Shown in pieces: positions 18,492 to 27,812 of a stretch of 64,000 nucleotides of DNA. Under the pieces are notes generated by a model. That model was not told the origin of the DNA. It made no database searches and saw only the letters and a program-made list of their open reading frames with translations. Source of the stretch: Candidatus Cloacimonadota bacterium (GTDB lineage: Bacteria > Cloacimonadota > Cloacimonadia > Cloacimonadales > TCS61). Position numbers and translations under genes: made by a program. Numbering within the stretch: the stretch's first letter is position 1; each line of letters begins with the position of its first letter. The stretch is from the NCBI GenBank assembly GCA_018645365.1, contig JABGOP010000005.1, positions 440 through 64,439 on the forward strand, read 5' to 3'.

Positions 18492-19296
18492 TGTTTTAGC
18501 GAAATTAGATTCTGGATATCATCAAATACGGACAATTTTTTCCGAAATTGACCTTTGTGATAAATTGAATTTTGTTTTGACAAAAAAAGGTAGCATCAAG
18601 ATTTTGACGAACAAAGATTTTGTAAGTGTAGAAAATAATCTAATTTACAAAGTTGCGATCTTTATAAAGCAAAAATATAATGTGCAATGTGGAGCAGAAA
18701 TTGAGCTGGAAAAAAACATTCCAATTTCGGCTGGCTTAGGTGGTGGAAGTAGCAATGCCGCACACACAATTTTGGCGTTATCTCAACTTTGGGATTTGAA
18801 TTTATCTAAAACTGAGATGCACCAAATAGCAGAAATTTTTGGCAGTGATATTAATTTTTTTTTGGAAGGCGGAACAGCTTTGGGCGAAAATAGAGGTGAA
18901 ATTATTTCACTTCAAAATGATCTCGAAATTGAGAATATTTTTTTGATAAATCCAGGGTTTGAAATTTCCAGCAAAGAAGCTTATCAATTGGTAAATATTT
19001 CTACTGAAAATCAAAATTGGTCGAAGATTTTAACCAAAAAAGATATGCGTTTTTGTTTCAATAAACTGGAAGAAGAGATTTCAAGAAAATATCCAGTTAT
19101 CAAAAACATCATCGATTATCTCAAAGATAATGGTGCTTCAAACGCAATATTATCCGGAAGCGGAGCCACTATTATCGGTTTCTGTCCAGACTTTCAAACT
19201 GCACAAAAATTTGAAACATATTATTCCAAAAAAGGATTTTGGAATATCATAACGAAAACGAAGAGGAGAATTCAAAATGGAAATTACAGATGTTAA
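18445..19296 (+). CDS. ispE: 4-diphosphocytidyl-2-C-methyl-D-erythritol kinase
   Basis: 283 aa from ATG 18445, the only start upstream of the conserved SYAKINLFIDV...DSGYH motif. GHMP kinase motif IPISAGLGGGSSNAA. Overlaps the Wzc-like gene by 47 nt. Confidence 0.9.
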   Translation: MQTSQISYAKINLFIDVLAKLDSGYHQIRTIFSEIDLCDKLNFVLTKKGSIKILTNKDFVSVENNLIYKVAIFIKQKYNVQCGAEIELEKNIPISAGLGGGSSNAAHTILALSQLWDLNLSKTEMHQIAEIFGSDINFFLEGGTALGENRGEIISLQNDLEIENIFLINPGFEISSKEAYQLVNISTENQNWSKILTKKDMRFCFNKLEEEISRKYPVIKNIIDYLKDNGASNAILSGSGATIIGFCPDFQTAQKFETYYSKKGFWNIITKTKRRIQNGNYRC

Positions 19297-19561
19297 AGTT
19301 TTTTTGAAAGAAAGCAACCAACTGAAAGCGTTTGCAAATATGGTTATTGACGATGCTTTTATCATTAGAAACATCAAAATCATTGATGGTGAGAATGGCT
19401 TGTTTGTAGCAATGCCGAGCCGAAGATTGAATAACGGCGAATACCGTGATATTGCTCATCCAATCAACACCGAAGCACGCAATATGATAGAAAAAATCAT
19501 TTTGGAAAAATATGAAGAAACCCTAACGGAACAACCGACAGAAGAGGCTAAGAGCGAATAG
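19277..19561 (+). CDS. spoVG: SpoVG family nucleic-acid-binding protein
   Basis: 94 aa. MEITDVKVFL...LKAFANMVIDDAFIIRNIKIIDGENGLFVAMPSRR is a near-canonical SpoVG N-terminus. Confidence 0.9.
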   Translation: MEITDVKVFLKESNQLKAFANMVIDDAFIIRNIKIIDGENGLFVAMPSRRLNNGEYRDIAHPINTEARNMIEKIILEKYEETLTEQPTEEAKSE

Positions 19562-20509
19562 ATGTCTTTGAATTTTAAGATTTTTACGGGCAATGCAAAT
19601 AACGATTTAGCAAACGATGTTGCTGAAATTACGGGTGTTCCACTCGGCAATGCCGAAGTATTCAAATTTTCAAACGATAATTCGTTTGTGAAAATCAACG
19701 ATAGCGTTCGTGGTGCGGAAGCATACATCATTCAGCCAACCTGCAAACCAGTTAACGACAACTTGATGGAGCTACTCATCATGATTGACGCTTTAAGGCG
19801 AGCTTCAGCCCAAAAAATTATCTGTGTAATTCCACATTTTGGTTATGCACGTTCCGACAAAAAAGATCAGCATGGAATTGCCATTTCAGCAAAATTAGTG
19901 GCAAATCTTTTGACAACTGCTGGTGCGAGTAGAATAGTAACGATGGATTTGCATTCAGATCAAATTCAGGGGTTTTTTGATATTCCAGTTGACCATCTTT
20001 TTTCGACGCCAATCTTCGCTTCTTACTTCAAAGATAATCTTGATTTAGCAGAGGTAATGGTCGTTTCACCAGATACTGGTGGAACAGCAAGAGCAAGATC
20101 ATTGGCTAAACGGTTAAATTGTAACATCGCAGTTGGTGACAAAAGAAGAACCGGCAACGACAATAATGCCGAAATCATGAACATTGTCGGTGAAGTGGAA
20201 AATAAAATCTGTATTTTGTTTGATGACATCATTGACACAGCTGGAAGTTTATGCAAAATGGCAGAAGGTTTGAAAAAAAACGGTGCAAAAAAAGTTTACG
20301 CAGCAGCAGCACACGGTGTTCTTTCTGGAAAAGCGATTGAGAGAATTGAAAAATCATCAATCGAAAAGTTATTCATCACAGATTCTATTCCTTTTTCGGA
20401 AGAGAAAAAAAAATGTAACAAAATAGTTTCGTTATCAATTGCGGAACTTTTAGCGGCAGCGATAAAAAAAATTCATCTCGAAGAATCGCTGAGCGTTTTA
20501 TTTAAATAG
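19562..20509 (+). CDS. prs: ribose-phosphate pyrophosphokinase
   Basis: 315 aa. YARSDKK, DLHSDQIQGFF, VSPDTGG and DDIIDTAGS motifs. Confidence 0.95.
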   Translation: MSLNFKIFTGNANNDLANDVAEITGVPLGNAEVFKFSNDNSFVKINDSVRGAEAYIIQPTCKPVNDNLMELLIMIDALRRASAQKIICVIPHFGYARSDKKDQHGIAISAKLVANLLTTAGASRIVTMDLHSDQIQGFFDIPVDHLFSTPIFASYFKDNLDLAEVMVVSPDTGGTARARSLAKRLNCNIAVGDKRRTGNDNNAEIMNIVGEVENKICILFDDIIDTAGSLCKMAEGLKKNGAKKVYAAAAHGVLSGKAIERIEKSSIEKLFITDSIPFSEEKKKCNKIVSLSIAELLAAAIKKIHLEESLSVLFK

Positions 20510-20545
20510 ATCCATTCAGCATATGGAATATACAACGGAGGAAAA

Positions 20546-21193
20546 ATGAACATAAGCATCGATGCAAAAGAAAGGGAGATTGGCAAAAGATCTGATCTCA
20601 ATAAGCTTAGAGGCGAAGGATACATTCCAGCGGTAATTTATGGCGAAGGAAAAAAAGGTGTAAATATTCTTCTCGAAGAATTAGATTTCAAAAGAAAGTA
20701 CAAAAAATCAATTGGTGAAGTTTCATTTTATGAAATCATCGTTGGTGGCAAAACTTATACTACCATTTTGAAAGATAAACAAATTCATCCTGTAAAAAGA
20801 AATTTCGTTCATATTGATTTTATGCAACTCAAAAAAGGTCATAAAATCACTATCGACATCCCTATTCAGTGTATGGGCGAAGCAGCTGGCGAAGCAGAAG
20901 GTGGAGTTGTTGATGTTCTCATCCGTAGCTTGAAAGTTACCTGTTTACCAAAAGATGTTCCAGACAACATTAAAATTGATGTTTCTGCTTTGAATATTGG
21001 CGACTCAATTTGTGTTGCTGACCTTGATTTGACCAATCTCGAGACTGAACTTCCTGAAGACACAACGATTGTGAATATCACTACGAAAATGTCGGAAGAA
21101 GAATATGAAGCAAGCTTACAAGCTTCAACAGATGAAGAAGAAGTGGAAGAAGAAGTGGAAGAAGAAGAAACTGAAGCACCAAAAGCTGAATAA
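20546..21193 (+). CDS. rplY: 50S ribosomal protein L25 / general stress protein Ctc, with acidic C-terminal tail
   Basis: 215 aa. LRGEGYIPAVIYG, VHIDFMQL, two-domain Ctc form. Tail DEEEVEEEVEEEETEAPKAE. Confidence 0.9.
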   Translation: MNISIDAKEREIGKRSDLNKLRGEGYIPAVIYGEGKKGVNILLEELDFKRKYKKSIGEVSFYEIIVGGKTYTTILKDKQIHPVKRNFVHIDFMQLKKGHKITIDIPIQCMGEAAGEAEGGVVDVLIRSLKVTCLPKDVPDNIKIDVSALNIGDSICVADLDLTNLETELPEDTTIVNITTKMSEEEYEASLQASTDEEEVEEEVEEEETEAPKAE

Positions 21194-21201
21194 TTTCAAA
21201 A

Positions 21202-21822
21202 ATGAAATTAGTCGTAGGGTTGGGCAATCCGGGTTTGCGATATAAAAATAATCGTCATAATATCGGTTTTTTGGTTTTGGATAATTTTTCCAAACTGAAA
21301 AAACTGAAATTTAGCAATAAAAAGTTGTATCGTGCTACTCAAGTGGAAAGCTTAGAATTGCTGAAGCCAAAGACATATATGAATAGAAGTGGTGATGCCC
21401 TTACTTCGATAATGACAAATCATCAATTTGATGACATTCTCGTCGTTGTCGATGATGTAAATCTGCCTTTTGGTAAAATCAGATTGCGCGAAAAAGGAAG
21501 TGCCGGCGGACACAATGGTTTGAAGTCGATTATCCAGTCACTTGGAACTGACGATTTCAAAAGATTACGAATTGGCGTTGGAAATTCAGTGGAACGCGAT
21601 TTGGCAGATTATGTTCTTTCCAATTTTGAAAAAAAGGAAAAGAAAAAATTCGACACAATTTTTTCATTTGTGAACGAATTATTGAATGAATATAACGATT
21701 TTGGATTTGAGGGTATGTCCAAAAAGTTTAATTTTTTAAATAAATCCTATTCTGACAAAATGTCAGGATCGAGAGGTGACCAAAATGGCACCAAAAAAAG
21801 TCCGAAGGAGGAAATATGTTGA
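21202..21822 (+). CDS. pth: peptidyl-tRNA hydrolase
   Basis: 206 aa. MKLVVGLGNPG..Y..NRHNIGF, GGHNGLKSI. Confidence 0.9.
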   Translation: MKLVVGLGNPGLRYKNNRHNIGFLVLDNFSKLKKLKFSNKKLYRATQVESLELLKPKTYMNRSGDALTSIMTNHQFDDILVVVDDVNLPFGKIRLREKGSAGGHNGLKSIIQSLGTDDFKRLRIGVGNSVERDLADYVLSNFEKKEKKKFDTIFSFVNELLNEYNDFGFEGMSKKFNFLNKSYSDKMSGSRGDQNGTKKSPKEEIC

Positions 21823-22103
21823 ATACTTACGAAAGTATGGTTGTGTTTTCACCAAATTTCAGTGAAGTAGATGTGAAGAAAGAAAATGAGAAAATTCACA
21901 CTTTCCTGAAAAACAATGGTGGAGAAATCGTTAAAACTGAAGAGTTAGGTAAAAAACGGTTGGCTTACGAAATCAACAAGTTTGCAGAAGGTTATTATTT
22001 TGTTAATTACTACAAATTTGCAAAAGACAAAGTAACCGAGTTAGAAAATTATTTCAAACTCAACGAAAACATTATCAGATTTAATATTCTGATAAAGGAG
22101 TAA
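21816..22103 (+). CDS. rpsF: 30S ribosomal protein S6
   Basis: 95 aa. YESMVVFSP...GKKRLAYEI pattern, strong GGAGG RBS. Confidence 0.9.
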   Translation: MLNTYESMVVFSPNFSEVDVKKENEKIHTFLKNNGGEIVKTEELGKKRLAYEINKFAEGYYFVNYYKFAKDKVTELENYFKLNENIIRFNILIKE

Positions 22104-22105
22104 AA

Positions 22106-22546
22106 ATGGCTAATGAACTGAATTTCCCAAAAGTAAATACCGTTGTTATCAGCGGTCGTTTAACGCGTGATGTAGAATTACGATGCACACCGAGTGGAAC
22201 AGCTGTGGCAAATCTATCTATCGCTTTTAGCAGAAGTTGGAAAAAAGGCGAAGAGTGGGTAGAAGAAACCAGTTATCTTGATGTAATCGCGTGGACAAAG
22301 TTAGCAGAAAGATGTGCTGAAAAATTGCACAAAGGAAGCCCAATTTTGGTAGAAGGTTATTTGCAAACTCGTACATACACAGACAAAAATAACAACAACC
22401 GAAAAATAGTAGAAATTGTTTCAAATAAAATCAGTTTCTTGGAAAAAGCTGGTTTTGGTGGTAATGTTTCGGAATCTGCACCTTTACCAAAGCCGAAATT
22501 TGAACAAACTACACCAAATACAACTACAGATGATGTTCCATTTTAA
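22106..22546 (+). CDS. ssb: single-stranded DNA-binding protein
   Basis: 146 aa. OB-fold N-terminus (VNTVVISGRLTRDVELR), C-terminal acidic tip TTDDVPF. Confidence 0.9.
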   Translation: MANELNFPKVNTVVISGRLTRDVELRCTPSGTAVANLSIAFSRSWKKGEEWVEETSYLDVIAWTKLAERCAEKLHKGSPILVEGYLQTRTYTDKNNNNRKIVEIVSNKISFLEKAGFGGNVSESAPLPKPKFEQTTPNTTTDDVPF

Positions 22547-22555
22547 GGAGAACTT

Positions 22556-22900
22556 ATGGAAGAAAAAAAAGATATAGCAGTAACCAAAGAAGTGAAAACA
22601 GAAGTAAAGACAGAAAGCACTCGTACGGGAGAAAGAAGGCCGTTTAAGAAATTTGATAAGCCTCGCAGATTCACAAAAAACAAATTTTTCTCTCGCAAAA
22701 AGTTCTGTTTCTTCTGCAAAAATAAAGATATCGAAATTGATTACAAAAATGTCGGTTTGATGAGAAGATTTACAGCTGAAAATGGCAAAATCACACCGCG
22801 CAAATTCACCGGAACTTGTGCTAAACATCAAAGAGCAATTTCAAACGAAATCAAAAAAGCACGACAAATGGCGTTAATCAAGTACACAGATAGGCACTAA
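22556..22900 (+). CDS. rpsR: 30S ribosomal protein S18 with about 35-aa Lys/Glu-rich N-terminal extension
   Basis: 114 aa. Core CFFCKNKDIEIDYKNVGLMRRF..ENGKITPRKFTGTCAKHQR. Confidence 0.9.
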   Translation: MEEKKDIAVTKEVKTEVKTESTRTGERRPFKKFDKPRRFTKNKFFSRKKFCFFCKNKDIEIDYKNVGLMRRFTAENGKITPRKFTGTCAKHQRAISNEIKKARQMALIKYTDRH

Positions 22901-23776
22901 ATGGTAATTCTAATTGCATCTTTAGCTGCAATTATTGCCATCTTTACCCCATTTTGGGGGTTGATCTTTACATTGATATACAGTGAGAAATGTCAAAATA
23001 AAAAATATCTATTCTACACTGTTTTTAGCGGAATAGCCATCACTTTTTTTCTGCTAAAAATGGTAGATTTTATCGGTATTTTTGATGTAATTTTTGGAGT
23101 TGGAATAATCTCTTTTTTCTATTCCAAAACTTTGCACGAAAAGTTCGACTATATGAACGCAATTTTGGTAATTTATTTTGCCAACATCATCAAAGCAATC
23201 GTCAAATTTTTCTTTTTTGAAGAGAAATTCGTTCAACTTTTTGAAAGTGCAATGCAAAATTCACAAGCAATCATTGCAACTTATCTGGAAAAAAATTTAG
23301 AAAAGTTTGCATTGATGACTGAAATGATCGAAAAGACAACAACATTTTTCATCAAACACCACCTCGGAATTGAAGTGGCATTGATGACTGTTGCGGCTTA
23401 CATCGCTTCGTTACTTATTTCGCGTAAATCGCCAATTAAGTGGAAACACAATGTTGCACGATTTCCATTTTTCATGGTCTATTTTCTCATCGCGGGATTA
23501 ATGTTGATTTTGCTCTCAAATTATCGAATTATTGGAACAAATTTATTGATTGCATTAGCACCAATATTTTTAATTCAAGGCAGTACAATTTTAGATTTTT
23601 TTTGGGGAAATTTTTTCCGAAAATCTAAATTTTTACAAGTAATTCTGATATTCTCAATTGTATTTAATTATTATGTTTTATTGTTAGTTATGATTGTCGG
23701 ATTAATCGATTTTTGGTTCGACATTCGAAAATTGAAAAATAATGGAGGAATAAATGAAAATAATCTTAGCAAGTGA
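22901..23776 (+). CDS. polytopic membrane protein, DUF2232/YybS-like by position and topology
   Basis: 291 aa with multiple TM helices. It occupies the slot between rpsR and rplI that yybS occupies in Bacillus. The family call rests on synteny and topology only. Confidence 0.5.
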   Translation: MVILIASLAAIIAIFTPFWGLIFTLIYSEKCQNKKYLFYTVFSGIAITFFLLKMVDFIGIFDVIFGVGIISFFYSKTLHEKFDYMNAILVIYFANIIKAIVKFFFFEEKFVQLFESAMQNSQAIIATYLEKNLEKFALMTEMIEKTTTFFIKHHLGIEVALMTVAAYIASLLISRKSPIKWKHNVARFPFFMVYFLIAGLMLILLSNYRIIGTNLLIALAPIFLIQGSTILDFFWGNFFRKSKFLQVILIFSIVFNYYVLLLVMIVGLIDFWFDIRKLKNNGGINENNLSK

Positions 23777-24197
23777 TATTGCATCTTTAGGACAAGCTGG
23801 CGATATCGTTAATGTGGCAAACGGATATGCAAGAAATTACCTACTTCCACAAAATTTAGCCGTTTTGGCGACAAAAGGAAATCTTTCCAGAATTGAAAAG
23901 ATAAAGAAAGAGGCGGAAATTAAGCGTCTCGTTTTGGAAAATGAATATAAAGCACTCGCAAAACAAATCGAAGGTGTGGAACTTTCTTTCACAAGAAAAG
24001 CAGATGACGACGAACATCTTTTCGGCTCTGTTTCGGAGTTTGATATCGTGAATGCTTTGGCAGAAAAAGGTATTCAGGTTCAAAAAAGAAATGTACATAT
24101 GAAAAAACACTTGAAAGAAGTTGGTGAATTTGAAGTGGTGATTCATTTGGCAGCAGGCATTGAAACGAACATCAAAATCAAGGTTGATAAAGAATAA
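23754..24197 (+). CDS. rplI: 50S ribosomal protein L9
   Basis: 147 aa. MKIILASDIASLGQAGDIVNVANGYARNYLLP. Confidence 0.9.
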   Translation: MKIILASDIASLGQAGDIVNVANGYARNYLLPQNLAVLATKGNLSRIEKIKKEAEIKRLVLENEYKALAKQIEGVELSFTRKADDDEHLFGSVSEFDIVNALAEKGIQVQKRNVHMKKHLKEVGEFEVVIHLAAGIETNIKIKVDKE

Positions 24198-24211
24198 AAC
24201 GGGAGGTTGTT

Positions 24212-24763
24212 TTGTTCAAAAAAATAATCAATATTATCAGTTGGGCAGTACTGCTCTTGGCTTTTGCGGCGTTGGGTTTGAGTTCCGACGCCCCCATTTT
24301 TGGCTTTTTCTTTTATTTAGTATTTTTTGCGATAGTTTTCGGACTTATTTTCTTATATTTGAAAAAACATAACCGCCGAACCAGCATCAAGGCTGAAACT
24401 AAATTGCTGATTAATAAAATAGTCGGTGCTTCTTTAATGGCAATAGCCATACTAAGCCCAACAATTGCATTACGGAGAATCGGTTTGCCTTTTTTGCCAA
24501 ATTTAATCATCATTATCATCACTGCTATTTTGGTTGTTTTCGGAATTTATGCAGTCATGATGATAAATGCTGAAAAAAATAAACGCATTTTAGGCTATCT
24601 TTTGCTCATCGTTTTGGCTACGATTCCCTCAATTTTTGCCACAACATATCTTACCCAATATTTTCCAAATACCTACAATGCTTTAGGCGTTGCATATTGG
24701 GCGATCGTGTCTGTTTCTATCTTTTCATGGTGGGGTCTTACCGTATTTTTCAAAAAAGCATAA
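24212..24763 (+). CDS. membrane protein, unknown function
   Basis: 183 aa with about 5 TM helices. TTG start 7 nt after a GGGAGG RBS. Confidence 0.45.
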   Translation: MFKKIINIISWAVLLLAFAALGLSSDAPIFGFFFYLVFFAIVFGLIFLYLKKHNRRTSIKAETKLLINKIVGASLMAIAILSPTIALRRIGLPFLPNLIIIIITAILVVFGIYAVMMINAEKNKRILGYLLLIVLATIPSIFATTYLTQYFPNTYNALGVAYWAIVSVSIFSWWGLTVFFKKA

Positions 24764-25080
24764 TGGCATTTTCCAAAATCGGGCAACCATTACACAGCCT
24801 CATTTTCAAAATAGCTGGTCCCGATTACGAAGATTTTCTCGCCATTGCTCTCGGTTGGAAAAAAATTGTTGGAAGTTTGCTTTCAGAAAGAGCATTTGTT
24901 CACAAAATAGAGAACAATGTGCTTTTTGTAGCCGTTAGCAATAATGTTTGGATGCAAGAGCTTGCTTTGAATAAACAGCTAATCTTGGATAAAATTAGGA
25001 CTATTTTGAAAATTAAATTAGTCAATATTGTCTTTTTTATCACCGATAATGTTGAAAAATATCAATCTAAAATAGGATAA
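24763..25080 (+). CDS. DUF721 / DciA-like protein
   Basis: 105 aa from ATG 24763 (TAATG overlap with the upstream gene; the track ORF starts 22 codons earlier). WKKIVGSLLSERAFVHKIENNVLFVAVSNNVWMQEL fits the DUF721 pattern. Confidence 0.6.
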   Translation: MAFSKIGQPLHSLIFKIAGPDYEDFLAIALGWKKIVGSLLSERAFVHKIENNVLFVAVSNNVWMQELALNKQLILDKIRTILKIKLVNIVFFITDNVEKYQSKIG

Positions 25081-25084
25081 ATTT

Positions 25085-25732
25085 ATGATAAAAATCGCAC
25101 CGTCATTACTTTCTGCTGATTTTGTTAATTTGGAAAAAGAAATTGAATTGGTGCAAAATGCCGGCGCCAACATCTTACATTTAGATGTGATGGATGGGCA
25201 CTTTGTACCAAATCTTACTTTCGGATTACCCATTATTCGACAAATAAAAAAAATCGCAAAAATACCGTTAGATGTCCATTTAATGGTCACTAATCCAGAA
25301 ATCTATCTGGAACCACTGGCAAATCTAGGCATCGAATATATTTCTATTCATCAAGAGACTGTTTTACATCTTCACCGCCAAATTTTACTTCTGAAAGAAC
25401 GCGGTGTGAAAGCAGGTATTGCCCTAAATCCAGCCACACCAGTTGCAACAATTTTACCAATAATTTCTGAACTCGACTTTGTGCTTTTGATGAGTGTAAA
25501 TCCCGGTTTTGGCGGTCAAAATTTCCTGCCATTAGTTTACAATAAAATCCAAAAATTACGCGAATTCACAAAAATCCAAAATCCAAGTTTAGAGATTGAA
25601 ATTGACGGTGGTGTTAATGGTGAAAATGCAAAATCATTAGTCAAGATGGGTGCCGATATTCTCGTGGCTGGCTCTTTTGTTTTTGGAAATTCAGATTACA
25701 AAAAACAAATTCAAAAATTAAATGTTCAATAA
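25085..25732 (+). CDS. rpe: ribulose-phosphate 3-epimerase
   Basis: 215 aa. IAPSLLSADF, HLDVMDGHFVPN, DVHLMV, VNPGFGGQ, EIDGG. Confidence 0.95.
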   Translation: MIKIAPSLLSADFVNLEKEIELVQNAGANILHLDVMDGHFVPNLTFGLPIIRQIKKIAKIPLDVHLMVTNPEIYLEPLANLGIEYISIHQETVLHLHRQILLLKERGVKAGIALNPATPVATILPIISELDFVLLMSVNPGFGGQNFLPLVYNKIQKLREFTKIQNPSLEIEIDGGVNGENAKSLVKMGADILVAGSFVFGNSDYKKQIQKLNVQ

Positions 25733-27044
25733 ACTATCCGATCAACTAAATTCCGTTTTTTCAAAACTGAAAGGGCGTGGTAAGCTCAATGAAACAAACA
25801 TAAACGATGCGATGCGTGAAATTAGACGCGCGCTTTTGGAAGCCGATGTTAACTTTCTAATCGCCAAAAAATTCATCGCTGGTGTTAGTGAAAAAGCAGT
25901 TGGAGCCGAAGTTTTGAAGAGCATCACGCCAGGTCATCAAGTCGTAAAAATTGTTCATGATGAACTCATCAAATTGATGGGCAGTGATACACTCAAAATC
26001 AAGTTGCACTCAAACCGACTGAACAAAATTATGTTGGTCGGCTTGCAGGGTTCTGGAAAAACCACAAGTTGTGCAAAAATTGCCAATCATTTCAGAAAAG
26101 AATCGCTCAATCCCATTTTAGTGGCGTGTGATGTTTATAGACCCGCCGCCATTCAGCAACTTCAAGTTTTGGGAAAGCAGCTAAATATCCCAGTCTTTTC
26201 GGATGAAAAAACGAAAAAAGTTAAGAAAATTGCACAAAAAGCATTGAAATCTGTCCAGAATACTGAAACAAATTTGATGATTTTTGATACCGCTGGACGG
26301 CTTCATATTGATGAAAAATTGATGAATGAATTACAGGATTTGAAGAAAATCCTGAAGCCAGATTTCATCTTTTTCGTAGCAGATGCAATGACTGGTCAAG
26401 ACGCGGTAAATGTAGCAAAAAAATTCAATGAACAACTCGAATTTGATGGCGTTATCTTGACAAAAATGGACAGTGACGCACGCGGTGGTGCCGCAATTTC
26501 TATTAAAGCAGTAACCAATAAACCAGTTGCATTTGTCGGAACTGGTGAAAAGATTTCTGATTTCGAAAAATTTCATCCCAACAGAATGGCTGACCGCATT
26601 TTGGGAATGGGTGACATCCTCAGTTTGGTTGAAAAAGCAGAAGAAACCATCAGTGCAGAAGATGCAGAAAAATTAGCTATCAAATTAAAGAAAAACCAAT
26701 TCACATTTGCCGATTTTCTTTCCCAATTGCAACAAATTCAAAAAATGGGACCACTCGACCAATTGATGGAAATGATGCCCGGCATGAACAACAAAGCAAT
26801 GAAAAATGTGAAGGTAGATGAAAAAGAGCTGAAACACATCGAAGCAATTATCTATTCGATGACAACCACGGAACGCGAAAAACCGAACATCATCAACGGC
26901 AGCCGCCGACATCGCATTGCAAAAGGGAGCGGAACTTCCGTTCAGCAAGTAAATCGTCTTTTAAAGCAGTTTGAACAGATGAAAAAAATGATGAAACAAT
27001 TTAGCAACCCAAAGTTCATGAAAGGAATGAAATTGCCGTTTTGA
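25722..27044 (+). CDS. ffh: signal recognition particle protein Ffh
   Basis: 440 aa. N domain, GLQGSGKTT, DTAGRL and TKMDSDARGG G-domain motifs, Met-rich M domain. Confidence 0.95.
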   Translation: MFNKLSDQLNSVFSKLKGRGKLNETNINDAMREIRRALLEADVNFLIAKKFIAGVSEKAVGAEVLKSITPGHQVVKIVHDELIKLMGSDTLKIKLHSNRLNKIMLVGLQGSGKTTSCAKIANHFRKESLNPILVACDVYRPAAIQQLQVLGKQLNIPVFSDEKTKKVKKIAQKALKSVQNTETNLMIFDTAGRLHIDEKLMNELQDLKKILKPDFIFFVADAMTGQDAVNVAKKFNEQLEFDGVILTKMDSDARGGAAISIKAVTNKPVAFVGTGEKISDFEKFHPNRMADRILGMGDILSLVEKAEETISAEDAEKLAIKLKKNQFTFADFLSQLQQIQKMGPLDQLMEMMPGMNNKAMKNVKVDEKELKHIEAIIYSMTTTEREKPNIINGSRRHRIAKGSGTSVQQVNRLLKQFEQMKKMMKQFSNPKFMKGMKLPF

Positions 27045-27050
27045 AATAAT

Positions 27051-27085
27051 ACTTGACGGGAAAACACCCAAAAAAAGAGTTCCTT
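27051..27085 (+). promoter_or_regulatory. bipartite motif ACTTGACG-N16-AAGAGTTCCTT upstream of rpsP (putative promoter)
   Basis: Second copy of the architecture seen at 8778..8812. Ends 41 nt before the rpsP ATG. Confidence 0.35.
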
Positions 27086-27126
27086 TCTGCAAAAATTAGT
27101 CGTAAAAGATAAAGGAGAAGTAGTAA

Positions 27127-27573
27127 ATGGTAAAATTGAGACTGAGAAGAATGGGCAAAATCGATGCCCCATTTTATCGCATTGTGGCTCTCGATTCGCG
27201 CAAAAAAAGAGACGGCGCTTATCTTGAATCTGTTGGATATTATGATCCAAAAACAGAACCACTAACTTTAAAAATCGATATAGATAAAGCAATTAAATGG
27301 TTGGAAGTTGGGGCACAACCCTCTGACACCGTAAGATCTCTTCTGCGTCAGAGTGGTGCTTTGGAAAAATGGCACAAAATGAAGCTTGAAACACAAACAC
27401 CTGCGGAAAAGAAAACTGAAAAAAAAGTTGCTGAAAAAGTTGTAGAACCTAAAAAAACAGAAGAGAAAGTTGTGAAAAAAACTGCGACAAAAAAAGTCGC
27501 ACCTAAAACAACTAAAAAAGTCGCTCCTAAAAAAGTTACAAAGAAAGAAACAGCTAAAGAAACTGAAAAATAG
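27127..27573 (+). CDS. rpsP: 30S ribosomal protein S16 with about 60-aa Lys-rich C-terminal extension
   Basis: 148 aa. [25 protein letters not shown] core. Tail contains the repeated KKVAPK units. Confidence 0.9.
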   Translation: MVKLRLRRMGKIDAPFYRIVALDSRKKRDGAYLESVGYYDPKTEPLTLKIDIDKAIKWLEVGAQPSDTVRSLLRQSGALEKWHKMKLETQTPAEKKTEKKVAEKVVEPKKTEEKVVKKTATKKVAPKTTKKVAPKKVTKKETAKETEK

Positions 27574-27581
27574 GAAACGAC

Positions 27582-27812
27582 ATGAATGATTTGATTGAAT
27601 TCATTGTCAAGGCACTTGTTGATGACCCTTCTGCTGTCAAGATCAAAGAAGTGGAAGGTGACAAAACAACTACTTTCGAACTGCGTGCCGCTAAAAGCGA
27701 TATCGGAAAAATTATCGGAAAGCGCGGACGAACAGTCGGTGCTATCCGTAATATTCTGAGTGCAGTTTCGGCAAGACAAGGAAAAAGAGCTGTTATCGAA
27801 ATAGTAGAGTAG
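27582..27812 (+). CDS. KH-domain RNA-binding protein (YlqC/UPF0109 family)
   Basis: 76 aa. DIGKIIGKRGRTVGAIRNIL GXXG KH motif. Canonical position between rpsP and rimM. Confidence 0.85.
   Translation: MNDLIEFIVKALVDDPSAVKIKEVEGDKTTTFELRAAKSDIGKIIGKRGRTVGAIRNILSAVSARQGKRAVIEIVE

Noticed and set aside
21137-21160. 12-bp tandem repeat GAAGAAGTGGAA x2
   Set aside because: It is in frame within the L25/Ctc acidic tail (EEVEEEVE). This is simple low-complexity coding, not a CRISPR or regulatory repeat.
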